Of a DNA stretch of 64,000 nt, positions 43,038 through 53,718 are shown piece by piece (position 1 is the stretch's first letter; each line of letters opens with the position of its first letter). The translations under genes were made by a program, and so were the position numbers. The notes under the pieces were generated by a model. The model worked only from the letters and a program-made list of their open reading frames with translations, made no database searches and was not told the origin of the DNA. This stretch comes from a virus (lineage: Duplodnaviria; Caudoviricetes). The DNA lies in IMG/VR virus record IMGVR_UViG_3300013947_000034, positions 1-64,000 of that record. One strand, written 5' to 3'.

Positions 43038-46000
43038 ATCTTTTATTCTTTAAAAGTTCAACTTCATTTTCTAATTCTCTAACTCTAGCTTTAAGTTTTG
43101 TAACTTCATCATCAACTTCAGTTATAGCACCAAAAGCAAGACTAATAAGTTTAGGATGCCAATAATTAATCTTTAGATAATCATTAGAATCTCTAGTAAC
43201 TATATCGTTAATTAATGGATTATTGACTCGTTGAGCAATAAAACCAATACTATGTTTACCTGTGCGAATATAATCAAATTCATAAGTTCCACCAATAGAC
43301 TTAATAACATTTAAACAATTAAGTTTAGTAACATTACGTTTAAGCCTAATATCAGAAGTTTGATATGCTGTTATACCTCCAGTAGCAAGAATGTTACCAC
43401 TAGCTGTAATACTAGAAGTAAGTAAACTACTTATACCAGCTCTAAGATTAATAGTGCCGCCACTTTGAGCAGAGTTGGCATTAAAGATGGTTCCATCAGC
43501 AATACCAAGATAAATAGTCTTACTACTATGAGTATATTTAAGACCTGCCCATTGATTCCAATCCCAATTAATAGGACCAAATCGAATAGTACCATTACTA
43601 GAACTATTAATAATAAGTTGATTTGCTAAACCACTAATAGGAGTACCATTAATAGTAATTCCATTATTATCTTTAGTAGTACTAATTGTAGAACTTGCAG
43701 ATATAGTACTAGCTCCACTTAATGCTCCACTAATATTACCAGTTCCATCAAAACTTTGCCCCCAAATAGTTCTAGCAGTTTGAAGCTTAGCAGCACTACT
43801 CGAATTACCATCACATCTTGCACTAATATTTGAATAGTTTACAATACAACTATCAGACCCAACAGTTGTACCTTGATATGGGACATTATATAATTTAGTA
43901 GCCGCATCAGACAAACTTGTATAAGCTTCAACATCATGAGTTGAGTTAATTAATTTAAAATTATTATTTATTGAACCACGACTATCTTGTATAGCACGAA
44001 TTACAGTTCCTTGATAAGCGCCAGGAGTTTTAATAAATACATCAACGTAAGCTTTTTTTAGATGAATATAATATCCAGCTTGAATCGAATCTGTTGAATA
44101 ACCTTTACGTACTAACCAGTGTAAAGCAACACCTCCTCCTGCTGTATCACTATTATTTATATCATTAGTTCTAAATTCTACCCTACATAAACCAAACCAT
44201 CCACTAATATAACCTTGACTAATATAAAGTAGAAGAGCGTTATCATTGTAACTGTAATTAGCATCGACATGAGCAATACGTTTAAATGGTTTAGGGTTGG
44301 TATCGCCTAAATTAATAGTACAGAAATTAATTGCTCCATTTAAAGATACATTTCCTGCACCATCAAAATTAACATTTCCAACAAAATCCTTACCAGCTAT
44401 AGATATGTTTCTAGCATTAGTGAGTTTGGTAGCAGAATAAACTTGCATATTACTAACAGTTTTAGTAGTTCCACCAACTGTTAAACTAATACCATTATTA
44501 GAATTAGATAATGCAGTAAGAAGACCATTAGCGTGAATACCGTCAAGTTTATCAGCGTTGGTTGCGGTAGCAGCATTACCACTAATACTAGCACTACTTG
44601 TTATATATCCAGCTCCATTAGTTAATTGATTAGTGTTATTTGGTATAACAAAACTTTTATTACTAGAACCATCATAAGAACCTGAATTATAACCACTCCA
44701 AGATAATGAATAAGGTGATTTAAGAGAAGTAGGAATTTCAGAAGTTAGCGCAAGAGTACCAGTTCTAGCAGGAAGGAATACAGCGTTACTATTATCTCCT
44801 TGTGCTTGAATTCTAACAGAGTAATCAACATTAGCAGTATTACTACAATGAAAATCTATATATTTACCTATTTCAATAACACCATCAATTCCTATTTGAG
44901 GTATTTTACCAAACATGTTTACATTACCAGAACTACCTAAAAAAACAACACTCTTATCAACTTTATTACTTAGTTTACTATCAACATCACTCTTAGTATA
45001 ATAATTACTCAAACTTTGGTGAGATGTAAGAAACGTTGTACCTTTAGTTACAGTTATTGTACTACCTGATTTGCTAACACTTGTAACAGCATTACCAGTT
45101 CCAGTAGTAGTAACCGTTTGCGCACAATTAGCTAGACTTTGATGACTAGTTAAATAAGTTCCTAAATCGACAGCAGTTCCTCCACTAGCTGCAATAGTTT
45201 TAGTAGCACCATTAATTTTTACACTATGAGTATGTCCACTAGAAGCATAACTGCCAGCAGGTTGATAACTGCCTTTTGCTTGATACACACTATCAAGTTT
45301 AGATTTTATATAATTATATATAGAAACAGCTTTACGCTTATGAGGTACATTGACAGCATTAGTATCAGCAAAACCTTTATCACTAGCACAACTAGTAATA
45401 AATTGAGTACCATCAGTTATATCTGCGTTTCCAGTTGCAAGAGTAGCAACAAGGTCAGTAAACGATTGATGTTTAGTTAGATAACCGCTATCGTTAGTAA
45501 ATGCACTAACTTTAGTAGGTCTATCTGTAATGTCTGTCCATTTGTGAGTATGAGCACTAGGAGTAAATGTACTAGGTTTGCCAGTAATATTATTCCAACT
45601 TAAACTAAGTCCACTAAGTTCATCACCAATATTATTAACTCTAGATGTAAGAGAAGCAATACTATTATTGAGTGCTGCAACAGAATAGGCAGAAGCAATC
45701 TTACTTAAATCTTCAGTAGTAAGTTTAATAGCGTTATCATAAGCAATTATGCTTCCGTTAAGTCCACCTCCACCCCCGGTAGAAGGTGTATATGTACCGT
45801 AAGCAGATATACCTCCACTTACTCCAACATTAGCGACATCTTTAGTATTTACATTAGTTATCTCAAGAACATTATCTCCTTTATTTTTAAGAAGTATATT
45901 ACCAATTTGAATTTGACCTCCGTTAGTCGTGTTACCAACATATAAACCAGTAGGAAGATTAGAACTAGCTTCAGTACCCCCTTGAGGAAGAATCTCAAGT

Positions 46001-49000
46001 CTACTAAAAACTTTCTTAGGAGTTATATAATCAATATCATTAAAATTACTACTACCAGTTACTCCATAATGTAAATAGAACAATCTAGTATAACTGAACA
46101 TAGTAGCAAAACTAGTACCTTGAAGAATAAAACTATTAGGGTCACCATGAAGAACTCCATCAGTTCCCCAATAAATAGCTCCACTAGCAAGATAACCACT
46201 ACCGTCATGACGAAATAAACTTCTAGCATAATCTGTACCAGCAACTTTGTTAGCAAGTTGCTCACTAGTAAAAGTATTACGGTCAATCATAGGTCCACCA
46301 TACCAAGCAGCAATAGCAGTTTTATCTCCTGCGACAATACCATTTATACCAGCAGTAATACTACTATCAGTATCTTTAAGTTGAATAGCACTAGTAAGAA
46401 CTAAACCGCCTGTAACTTCCGTAGTTTGGTTAAGAGCTTCTTTAAGGTATTTATAAGTACTTAAATCAGTACCAAGACTGCTAAGTATATCAGCTTGACA
46501 AGCAGCAAGATATTGCTTAACTTCTTTAAGCCTAAGCTGAAGACTATTATAAAGTGTGTTGGCAGTAGCTATATTGCTCTTATTAATAGCAGCACTACCA
46601 GCAATAAGTTTATCAATTAAAGTTTTGTATTCAGTCCAAGCTGTACTCATACCAGTTTGAGCTTCAGTTAACTTACCAACATTAGCATTATTTTTAAGAT
46701 AAGTAGAAGCAGTAACACTCTTAATTTGGTCATTAGCAGCAGCAACCTCATTACTAGCTTGAGCTAACAAATCAGTAAGTCTAGCTTTCTCAGAAGAATC
46801 AAGAATACCATCTTTAGTAAAACTATTAAACTTATCATCAAGACCAGGAAGTGTACTAGCACTAATATTATTAATCTTATTATTAACTTGAGCAATACTA
46901 TCAGCTAACTCAGTAGGACCAATATAACGAACTTTCTTAATCCAATGTTTTTCATTGAATGCAGTACCATCAGCAGTAGCAGTAAGTAAGTCGCCTTTGT
47001 AATATTGAGTTCCGTTAATTACAGCAGCAGCAGGAAGAATCCAAAGGTCACGTTCTTTATAACCTTTAGATATAACACCTTTACCAGCTTTAGCATCATT
47101 ATAAGAATCAACAAATATAGAAGACTTACCATCAATAGTATCAAATACATCTTTAGGAATATCCATTTGCTCCCAGCTAGTACCATTCCAATAATTAGTA
47201 GTACCAGTATTTGTATTATACCAAATATCTCCTTCATGATTAGACTTGTCTGTCCATGATGTACTAGGGTCTGTATCTTGATACCAAGTTTCAGCTTTGC
47301 CATCAAGTTGACCTTGAATACCTTCAAGTTCTTTATTAACAGCATTGCTAAAGTCAGCTAAATCTTTATCATTAGACTTAACCCAATTAGTACCATCGTA
47401 AACCCAAGTCTCAGTTTTATCATTAACTTGTTTAAGCCAAAGGTCACCTTTATCATAAGGTTTAGAAGGAGTAGTGCTAGAATAAAATATACGACGCTTA
47501 CTATCAGCTAAATCGTTAGCAGCTTTAGCATCATCTTTTGCGGCTCCAGCAGCAACAGCAGCATCTTCGGCAGCTTTAGTAGCATCACTAGCTGCTTTCA
47601 TAGACTTATCAAAGTCTGCATCTTTAATCTCAACCCAAGCAGTACCAGTCCAACGATAAGAATGATTATTCTTAATATCATAGAATATATCACCAACATG
47701 TTCATTACGAAGAGCGTCAGTATTCCATTGATTGGCAGGAATATTGCTTACAGTAGGAGCATATTCATAAAACCAAACAGTAACACTCTCATCTTTCTGT
47801 TGTTTAACAGTATCGACAAGATTACTAAACTTAGTTTCATAATTATTTTGCCAAGTAAGTATATCAGCAATAGCTTCAGAATAACGAGAAGCTAAAACCC
47901 AATGGTCAGCGTTAAATGTTTCACTTGCTGTAGTAGCACGAGCAATATCGTTATTAAACTTACCAGCAAGAGTAGCATTAACCCACATGTCACCAACATG
48001 ATAATTAGTTGGAGGAGTACTACCATAAAAGATTTTCATCTTACTATCAGCAGTAGCCTGAGCTTTAGCAGCAGCATCAAGAGCTTTAGTTATATCAGTA
48101 TCTGTAATTCTGCTCCAACGATAAGGATTAGCATCATCATCATAACGAGTAAAACGATAAGCATAACCGGTAAGTCTATCATAATACAAATCGCCTACAT
48201 GAATATCTTTAGTATTCTTATCAGTCCAATTCTTAGCAGGCTCGTTAGTTAATGTTGGAGCACCGTCATAGAACCAAGTTTCAATAGCACCATCGGTTTG
48301 TTTCTGAAGGTCTTTAATAACTTGACTATTATTAATAATACTAATTACAGTAGCTTCATCAACTCCAGCATTATCTTTAATATATTGATTAAGGTCTTTG
48401 CCTCCAATACTAGAACCTATTTCGAGGTCAGCTTTAATACTAACCTTACCATTTTTATATTTAACATAAGTAGTAGGATTAATACCTCTATCTCCAATAT
48501 ACATATCACCATATACATTAAAGAAAGCTTTACCTTGATAAACGCCATATTCAACATACTCTTTATTCAAAAGAGTAAAGTCGTTAATTCCACCATAAAG
48601 AGAAATACTTGGCGCAAAATTATCAACAGCATTAATAACAATAGCAGATTGACGTTGAGCATCATTCCCACGATAACCAAGTTGATTAAGAACATCGCCT
48701 GGAGCAGGAGCATCAGAGCCAGCATCAAATACTAGTTGACTCAAATCAATATAATGATATTTCTTATTATCTATAGTTACAGTTTCAGTACTAACGCCAA
48801 CAACAAGTCGCCAAAGATAATGATTACCTGCCTTATGATAAGTTCCTTTCTTAACATTAAAAGATTTAGCTTGAGCTTGGTCTCCAACTTTCCACTTATT
48901 GTCTATCTCTTCACCATCTTGTTCGCCAAGAAAATAGCAACGATAAACATTCTGTTCAACATCATCTATAGTAACTTTCTTATCGTCTACATAAGCAACT

Positions 49001-49638
49001 TTAACGCTACCAGCAGGAGAAACAATAAGTTTACCACCAATAGTATCAACATCAAGTATTTGAAGAGTTTCAAATATAGCTTTAAGACGAACATAAAGAT
49101 AATCTGTAGTAAGATAACTCTTACCGTTCTTATCTATAGACCAAGTACCACCAGTATAAGCAGTTGGCTTTCCGATAGTAAGACCATTGACAAAATTATA
49201 AATACCATTAATAGTCTCATCATTCATCTTCTTAGGATAAAGAATATCACTCTTTAAAGCTGAATAAACATTACTATTAGAAGGAGATTTATCACTAGTA
49301 GTAGTTATAATATCAAAGCCTTTACTATAACCGCCACCAATAACACCATTATCAAGACGACTAACAATGTCTTGGTTAATTTGTGCTTGAGAAAGTCGAT
49401 AAGCATAATCCCACCAATTAGTAGTAGATTCAAACAGTCCATCAGTGACAATTTGATAAATCTCACTAATAGTTGGTTTACGAGTATTATCAACTTCGTC
49501 AATAGCAGCTTTACCACTAAGAGTTTCGTCGACTTCATTAACTGAAGCGGTAGTGATCTTAGCATTAACAACTACATCTTTACTTTCTCGAGAAGGACTG
49601 TTGCCGTCTATCTCATTAATTGTTGGAATTTTACTCAT
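43027..49638 (-). CDS. tail fibre/spike with a C-terminal peptidase S74 intramolecular chaperone, 2203 aa
   Basis: C-terminal SDIRLKRNV...GFIAQ...coiled coil; internal repeats (APT..N.PA..W...HVGD.YYD and IFY..TP...Y..GD.W); SHQSL and ARTIWGQSFDG fibre motifs. Confidence 0.88.
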   Translation of the reverse strand: MSKIPTINEIDGNSPSRESKDVVVNAKITTASVNEVDETLSGKAAIDEVDNTRKPTISEIYQIVTDGLFESTTNWWDYAYRLSQAQINQDIVSRLDNGVIGGGYSKGFDIITTTSDKSPSNSNVYSALKSDILYPKKMNDETINGIYNFVNGLTIGKPTAYTGGTWSIDKNGKSYLTTDYLYVRLKAIFETLQILDVDTIGGKLIVSPAGSVKVAYVDDKKVTIDDVEQNVYRCYFLGEQDGEEIDNKWKVGDQAQAKSFNVKKGTYHKAGNHYLWRLVVGVSTETVTIDNKKYHYIDLSQLVFDAGSDAPAPGDVLNQLGYRGNDAQRQSAIVINAVDNFAPSISLYGGINDFTLLNKEYVEYGVYQGKAFFNVYGDMYIGDRGINPTTYVKYKNGKVSIKADLEIGSSIGGKDLNQYIKDNAGVDEATVISIINNSQVIKDLQKQTDGAIETWFYDGAPTLTNEPAKNWTDKNTKDIHVGDLYYDRLTGYAYRFTRYDDDANPYRWSRITDTDITKALDAAAKAQATADSKMKIFYGSTPPTNYHVGDMWVNATLAGKFNNDIARATTASETFNADHWVLASRYSEAIADILTWQNNYETKFSNLVDTVKQQKDESVTVWFYEYAPTVSNIPANQWNTDALRNEHVGDIFYDIKNNHSYRWTGTAWVEIKDADFDKSMKAASDATKAAEDAAVAAGAAKDDAKAANDLADSKRRIFYSSTTPSKPYDKGDLWLKQVNDKTETWVYDGTNWVKSNDKDLADFSNAVNKELEGIQGQLDGKAETWYQDTDPSTSWTDKSNHEGDIWYNTNTGTTNYWNGTSWEQMDIPKDVFDTIDGKSSIFVDSYNDAKAGKGVISKGYKERDLWILPAAAVINGTQYYKGDLLTATADGTAFNEKHWIKKVRYIGPTELADSIAQVNNKINNISASTLPGLDDKFNSFTKDGILDSSEKARLTDLLAQASNEVAAANDQIKSVTASTYLKNNANVGKLTEAQTGMSTAWTEYKTLIDKLIAGSAAINKSNIATANTLYNSLQLRLKEVKQYLAACQADILSSLGTDLSTYKYLKEALNQTTEVTGGLVLTSAIQLKDTDSSITAGINGIVAGDKTAIAAWYGGPMIDRNTFTSEQLANKVAGTDYARSLFRHDGSGYLASGAIYWGTDGVLHGDPNSFILQGTSFATMFSYTRLFYLHYGVTGSSNFNDIDYITPKKVFSRLEILPQGGTEASSNLPTGLYVGNTTNGGQIQIGNILLKNKGDNVLEITNVNTKDVANVGVSGGISAYGTYTPSTGGGGGLNGSIIAYDNAIKLTTEDLSKIASAYSVAALNNSIASLTSRVNNIGDELSGLSLSWNNITGKPSTFTPSAHTHKWTDITDRPTKVSAFTNDSGYLTKHQSFTDLVATLATGNADITDGTQFITSCASDKGFADTNAVNVPHKRKAVSIYNYIKSKLDSVYQAKGSYQPAGSYASSGHTHSVKINGATKTIAASGGTAVDLGTYLTSHQSLANCAQTVTTTGTGNAVTSVSKSGSTITVTKGTTFLTSHQSLSNYYTKSDVDSKLSNKVDKSVVFLGSSGNVNMFGKIPQIGIDGVIEIGKYIDFHCSNTANVDYSVRIQAQGDNSNAVFLPARTGTLALTSEIPTSLKSPYSLSWSGYNSGSYDGSSNKSFVIPNNTNQLTNGAGYITSSASISGNAATATNADKLDGIHANGLLTALSNSNNGISLTVGGTTKTVSNMQVYSATKLTNARNISIAGKDFVGNVNFDGAGNVSLNGAINFCTINLGDTNPKPFKRIAHVDANYSYNDNALLLYISQGYISGWFGLCRVEFRTNDINNSDTAGGGVALHWLVRKGYSTDSIQAGYYIHLKKAYVDVFIKTPGAYQGTVIRAIQDSRGSINNNFKLINSTHDVEAYTSLSDAATKLYNVPYQGTTVGSDSCIVNYSNISARCDGNSSSAAKLQTARTIWGQSFDGTGNISGALSGASTISASSTISTTKDNNGITINGTPISGLANQLIINSSSNGTIRFGPINWDWNQWAGLKYTHSSKTIYLGIADGTIFNANSAQSGGTINLRAGISSLLTSSITASGNILATGGITAYQTSDIRLKRNVTKLNCLNVIKSIGGTYEFDYIRTGKHSIGFIAQRVNNPLINDIVTRDSNDYLKINYWHPKLISLAFGAITEVDDEVTKLKARVRELENEVELLKNKRYAV

Positions 49639-49930
49639 ATAATTATTATTTGAAAAATAAAAGGAGCAGGACTTCTAGGACTTAATACATTAGCAACTTA
49701 AACACCAATTTAATTAATATTCTTGTTAACTGTTTGCCTGCTCCTTATTCGTTTATTACTTAGTTCTTTTTGATTGAAATATCAACACAGATACACATTC
49801 TTTGCGTTCTGAGACGTTTTAATACCTAGTCATGATAAGTTATTCACGAGATACCCAAAAGTCGCTTACATCGAAAATTTGATACTAAAATAAAATCTTA
49901 AATTTAGTATTAGTCGTTGTATTATACGTT

Positions 49931-49962
49931 AAACCCCCAAGACTAATCTCTAGTCTCAGGGG
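49931..49962 (-). terminator. intrinsic terminator-like hairpin after the head-fibre gene
   Basis: On the - strand: CCCCTGAGACTA-gagat-TAGTCTTGGGGG followed by TTT. Confidence 0.6.
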
Positions 49963-50003
49963 TCACGGACACACATTTCAGCATCGCAGAAAGCAAGAGT
50001 ATC

Positions 50004-50723
50004 TTAAAGCTGAATAATACCAGCAGTTCTCATCTGAGCTAGAAGAGTATTAATAACACCAGCAAGACTTGCAATAGTTGCTGATTCAGCATCAATGTCA
50101 GCAATATTAGTTATAGCTTTAACACCACCAATAGCTTCTTTTGTAGCTTTAGGTAAAGTATAACTTATAGGAGCACTAATAGTAAACTCACTTTGCTTAG
50201 TAACCGCTCCATCTTTGGCGATCTTATAAATTACAGCATGACCTTCATCAGTTGTGACAAAACTGTTACCTCCATCAGTAGGCAACCAACTGGCAGTACC
50301 AAAACCATAATTAATACTAGCAAAGAAAGTATGTTGAGTATCACCAAGTTTAGCAAGATTTGCAGCTTTAATTTCATTACTATCTCCAATAGTCAGCTCG
50401 ATAATAGGAGAAGGAATATTAAGATTATCAACTTTATCAGTTAAAGTTTTAACCTTGCCATCGACTTGTTTATATAAATCAGCATTAGTACTAATATTTT
50501 TACTATTAGTTGTCACTTTAGTATTAATCTCTTCTATATTAGATTTGATTGTAGTAACATCAGTACTAACAGCACCAACTTCTTTATCAATATTGTCAAC
50601 TTTAGTTTCAAGCTCTTGCATACCATCACCAGCTCCTTCGTTAAGAGCTTCTTTGATAATATTACGATGGTCTAGTGAAATACCAAGAGCATCAACCGCA
50701 GCATTAATCTTTACTTTGTCCAT
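50004..50723 (-). CDS. coiled-coil fibre protein (head-fibre-like)
   Basis: Heptad-rich N-terminal half and C-terminal YTLPKATKEAIGGVK motif. Confidence 0.6.
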   Translation of the reverse strand: MDKVKINAAVDALGISLDHRNIIKEALNEGAGDGMQELETKVDNIDKEVGAVSTDVTTIKSNIEEINTKVTTNSKNISTNADLYKQVDGKVKTLTDKVDNLNIPSPIIELTIGDSNEIKAANLAKLGDTQHTFFASINYGFGTASWLPTDGGNSFVTTDEGHAVIYKIAKDGAVTKQSEFTISAPISYTLPKATKEAIGGVKAITNIADIDAESATIASLAGVINTLLAQMRTAGIIQL

Positions 50724-51048
50724 AACTATTAATTGTTTTATCTATATCTTTATAATCATAACCAAACTTTCTAAGTGTTGGTTTAAATATCCAACTCCAA
50801 CTTAGAGGAGCAAGTATCGCACTATTGATTAAAACTTTGCCGTCAATAGTTCCCCAAGTTCTATAAGCAATACCTATAATAATAATACTAAAAATAAGTA
50901 TTACTCTTTTCCATCCTCTACCTATTTGCTTATTGATTACAGCACTAATTGTAGTAATAAGAAAATAAGTAAGAGTATTAACAGCAAAACAATAAGCTAT
51001 ATCGAATCCATTTATTACTTGCTGTATCATTTGATTTATTAGTTCCAT
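50704..51048 (-). CDS. holin-like small membrane protein
   Basis: Two to three hydrophobic helices and a basic/charged C-terminus. Start moved to ATG 51048 (or 51030) because a TATATTTG -7 box lies at 51070-51077. Confidence 0.5.
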   Translation of the reverse strand: MELINQMIQQVINGFDIAYCFAVNTLTYFLITTISAVINKQIGRGWKRVILIFSIIIIGIAYRTWGTIDGKVLINSAILAPLSWSWIFKPTLRKFGYDYKDIDKTINSYGQSKD

Positions 51049-51123
51049 AACCTTATTCTTTAATGATTGCAAATATAGTTTATTAGCATCTTTATTAGTA
51101 TTAACTACAGGATATTTAACAAA

Positions 51124-51161
51124 ATAAAAGTAGCCAACAGTTACAACACTATCAGCTACTT
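51124..51161 (-). terminator. intrinsic terminator ending the small-gene cassette
   Basis: On the - strand: AAGTAGCTGATAGT-gttgta-ACTGTTGGCTACTT followed by TTATTTT. Confidence 0.75.
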
Positions 51162-51178
51162 AATTAAGACTACTACTG

Positions 51179-51601
51179 TTATCTACACTCATACCAATCA
51201 ATTTGAATACCTTTACGACACATATCTGCATACCAACGATTAAAAGCTATTCCATCATAGCCATCAACATCGTCTATAACATCTTTCACATACATACAAA
51301 GATGTTCTTCATCTGGAACACTACTACCAAGATAATCAGCTTTACACATATTAGCAACAAATACTGCATCGTAAGAAGCATCATTATTAGTTAAATGTAT
51401 TCCACATTGTTTCATCATAGTTTCTAGTTTCTCTTTTGTAATTGGCTCTAGAGCAACTTCTGTACCATTATTGTCTCTAGTGGTCATTTTACTAACCGCA
51501 AAATCAACTAGTTTACGATTAAAATGCCTACCATTATAACGAAGATAAACAATCATATCTTCAGGTAATTCATCATAAGTATCAAAAGCTTCTTTATACA
51601 T
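51179..51601 (-). CDS. conserved Bacteroidales-phage hypothetical protein (YLRYNGRHFN...ADYLGSS)
   Basis: ORF 51179-51652. The likely start is ATG 51601 (MYKEAFDTYDE), since the upstream extension runs through the 20-bp motif pair. Confidence 0.65.
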   Translation of the reverse strand: MYKEAFDTYDELPEDMIVYLRYNGRHFNRKLVDFAVSKMTTRDNNGTEVALEPITKEKLETMMKQCGIHLTNNDASYDAVFVANMCKADYLGSSVPDEEHLCMYVKDVIDDVDGYDGIAFNRWYADMCRKGIQIDWYECR

Positions 51602-51618
51602 ATCAATAAGTTTATTAT

Positions 51619-51674
51619 AGCCGCCCGATAAAAGGCATGGAATTGTATACAACTATACCTTCTACAGGGCGGCT
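51619..51674. repeat. inverted pair of the 20-bp motif, 16-bp spacer containing the palindrome TTGTATACAA
   Basis: AGCCGCCCGATAAAAGGCAT (51619-38) and ATACCTTCTACAGGGCGGCT (51655-74). Confidence 0.95.
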
Positions 51675-51682
51675 TTCATTAC

Positions 51683-51898
51683 TTAGTATCTACTATAACG
51701 ACCACGTTCACGACTATCATAATCTCTATCGTGATAACGGTCATCATCATTATTATATCTACTACTACGAGAATTATATTCTCTATCATCATCACAACGT
51801 GCAAGTTCTTCTTCTAAATCTTCAAGTTCTTCACGCATACGTCTAATCTTACTTCTAAGTTCAGACTTACTTTTCTTCATTTCTACCATAATGTACAT
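51683..51898 (-). CDS. small R/D/Y/S-rich low-complexity protein
   Basis: Short coiled coil followed by DDDREYNSRSSRYNNDDDRYHDRDYDSRERGRYSRY. Confidence 0.7.
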   Translation of the reverse strand: MYIMVEMKKSKSELRSKIRRMREELEDLEEELARCDDDREYNSRSSRYNNDDDRYHDRDYDSRERGRYSRY

Positions 51899-51902
51899 AA
51901 TT

Positions 51903-52376
51903 TTATTGTTTAGTTACAGCAGCAAGTATTTTAGCAATATCGCCTTTCATACCTGCAACTTCAGATTTAATACCAGCTATTTCTTCATCACGAGCTTTAT
52001 CTTTAGCAAACTGAGGATTAAGTTCTTTGAGAACTTCTTCACAAGCAGTAACTTTATTCTTATAATCTTCAATATGTTCAATTACATAAGTAGCGTGTTG
52101 AAGAGTAGCTTCTACTTCAGATTGAATAGATTGTTTAGTCTCGGCAATAACAAGATTACCATTGTTATAACTAACAACATTATTGTTAGCGGGAACATTA
52201 TTGTAATCTATAGTATTACCATTAACTTTAACTTTAAGGTTTATAACCATCATATTACTACCGTCAGTAGCAAACATAGGAGTAGTTGTGCCAACAACTT
52301 CACCAACCTTAAAATCTATTTCATTAGTCTTGTCTAGAATATAAACATGACTACCTTGATTAAGAGCAGAAAACAT
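51903..52376 (-). CDS. hypothetical protein with a C-terminal coiled coil
   Basis: 157-aa ORF translationally coupled to its neighbours. Confidence 0.75.
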   Translation of the reverse strand: MFSALNQGSHVYILDKTNEIDFKVGEVVGTTTPMFATDGSNMMVINLKVKVNGNTIDYNNVPANNNVVSYNNGNLVIAETKQSIQSEVEATLQHATYVIEHIEDYKNKVTACEEVLKELNPQFAKDKARDEEIAGIKSEVAGMKGDIAKILAAVTKQ

Positions 52377-52690
52377 TATACTACAAGTTGAAGTTTATTA
52401 TTTTGTTTATCAAATACTACAATATGAAGACCTTCTGTAAGAGCAGTCAAAGCTTCACCATTGCTTGCTAAGAGAGGAAGAGTAACATTATTAACCATCA
52501 TTTCAAAACCAGTTGCAGTAGTTGTAGCTGCATTGAAATTAATTACCATAATACCGGCAACACCCATAACTCTGAAAGTATGATTAGGCATTGTAAAAAC
52601 AGCATTAGCAGTAGCACTGCCAGCAGTCGTTTGAGTAGCAGCTACTAAAGGTATACCACCACGATTACCAATGAATTCATTATAAGCCAT
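52376..52690 (-). CDS. small beta-sandwich-like hypothetical protein
   Basis: 104-aa ORF, coupled (stop/start overlap at 52376). Confidence 0.7.
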   Translation of the reverse strand: MAYNEFIGNRGGIPLVAATQTTAGSATANAVFTMPNHTFRVMGVAGIMVINFNAATTTATGFEMMVNNVTLPLLASNGEALTALTEGLHIVVFDKQNNKLQLVV

Positions 52691-52708
52691 AATATTATCT
52701 CCTATAGT

Positions 52709-53593
52709 TTAAAGCCAAAAGTTATTCAAACCATTGTTATTATACATACCATATTGATAAGCAACACAATTTGGAACAGCTTGAAATGGGGTATAAGGAA
52801 CAGTCACAGTTTGTGGCTGAGCACATTTAATTTCATTAACTGCTTGAGCAATAGGATTAACAGCAGCAGCTATTTGTTGAGCTATTACACCACTTTGATG
52901 TTCAGTAGTAAGCTGAGTCTGTAAAGAATTAATCTTATCTTGCATAGCAGACTTTTCTGCTGCGTCAAGTTTAGCAATAATTCTATCGCCCACACCATCA
53001 ACTGATTTTTCAAGGTTACAAGTCTGGTCGCGAAGAGCATAACCAACATCAGCAAAACCACGAGTAACAGCATTACCGACATTATTAACTGATTCTTTAA
53101 CTACGCCAGCTTGTTCGATAATTGTTGATTTCAAATTACAGCAACAATTTGCTAACTGGCTAGCAAGTGTCATTGTATTCTGAGTACCAGCATTAAGAAG
53201 AGCACCAGTAGAAGAATCAATCTTACAACCAACTTGAGTAACAGAATTACTCACATTAGCAATAGCTGCTTGAATCATATCAACCTTAGTACCAAACATT
53301 GTAGCAAGACGTTGAATAGCTGCGCCATTACCATTAATAGCTTGCATAAGTAAATCACGACCATCATTGTTATTAACCATGTTAGCAAGATTACCTAAAC
53401 AACCGCCATTTGCACCAGCATTACCAAACAGACCACCATTACGCATAAGAGGATAAAGGAAGAAGAGAAAGATAACCCAAATCCAACTACCATTACCAAA
53501 TCCACCATTACTAAGAAGTAAAGGAAGAAGACTGTTCGCATCATTACTCTTAGTTCCACAATCAGGGAACATAAAAACTTTAGAATCGTCCAT
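52709..53593 (-). CDS. membrane-anchored Gly/Asn-rich coiled-coil protein with a CCC motif
   Basis: GGFGNGSWIWVIFLFFLYP transmembrane segment and LANCCCNLK; -7 box TATCTTTG at 53652-53659 on the - strand. Confidence 0.75.
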   Translation of the reverse strand: MDDSKVFMFPDCGTKSNDANSLLPLLLSNGGFGNGSWIWVIFLFFLYPLMRNGGLFGNAGANGGCLGNLANMVNNNDGRDLLMQAINGNGAAIQRLATMFGTKVDMIQAAIANVSNSVTQVGCKIDSSTGALLNAGTQNTMTLASQLANCCCNLKSTIIEQAGVVKESVNNVGNAVTRGFADVGYALRDQTCNLEKSVDGVGDRIIAKLDAAEKSAMQDKINSLQTQLTTEHQSGVIAQQIAAAVNPIAQAVNEIKCAQPQTVTVPYTPFQAVPNCVAYQYGMYNNNGLNNFWL

Positions 53594-53680
53594 AATTAAA
53601 TTATTAAGATTAATAAAACATATAGTACATTAACTAGTATTTTGTACAATGCAAAGATAAGCACTTTCTGCAATATAAAC

Positions 53681-53718
53681 AAAAAGATGACAACTAGATT
53701 ATTCTCCAGTTGTCATCT
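53681..53718 (-). terminator. intrinsic terminator
   Basis: AGATGACAACT / AGTTGTCATCT 11-bp stem with a - strand TTTTT tail. Confidence 0.75.
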
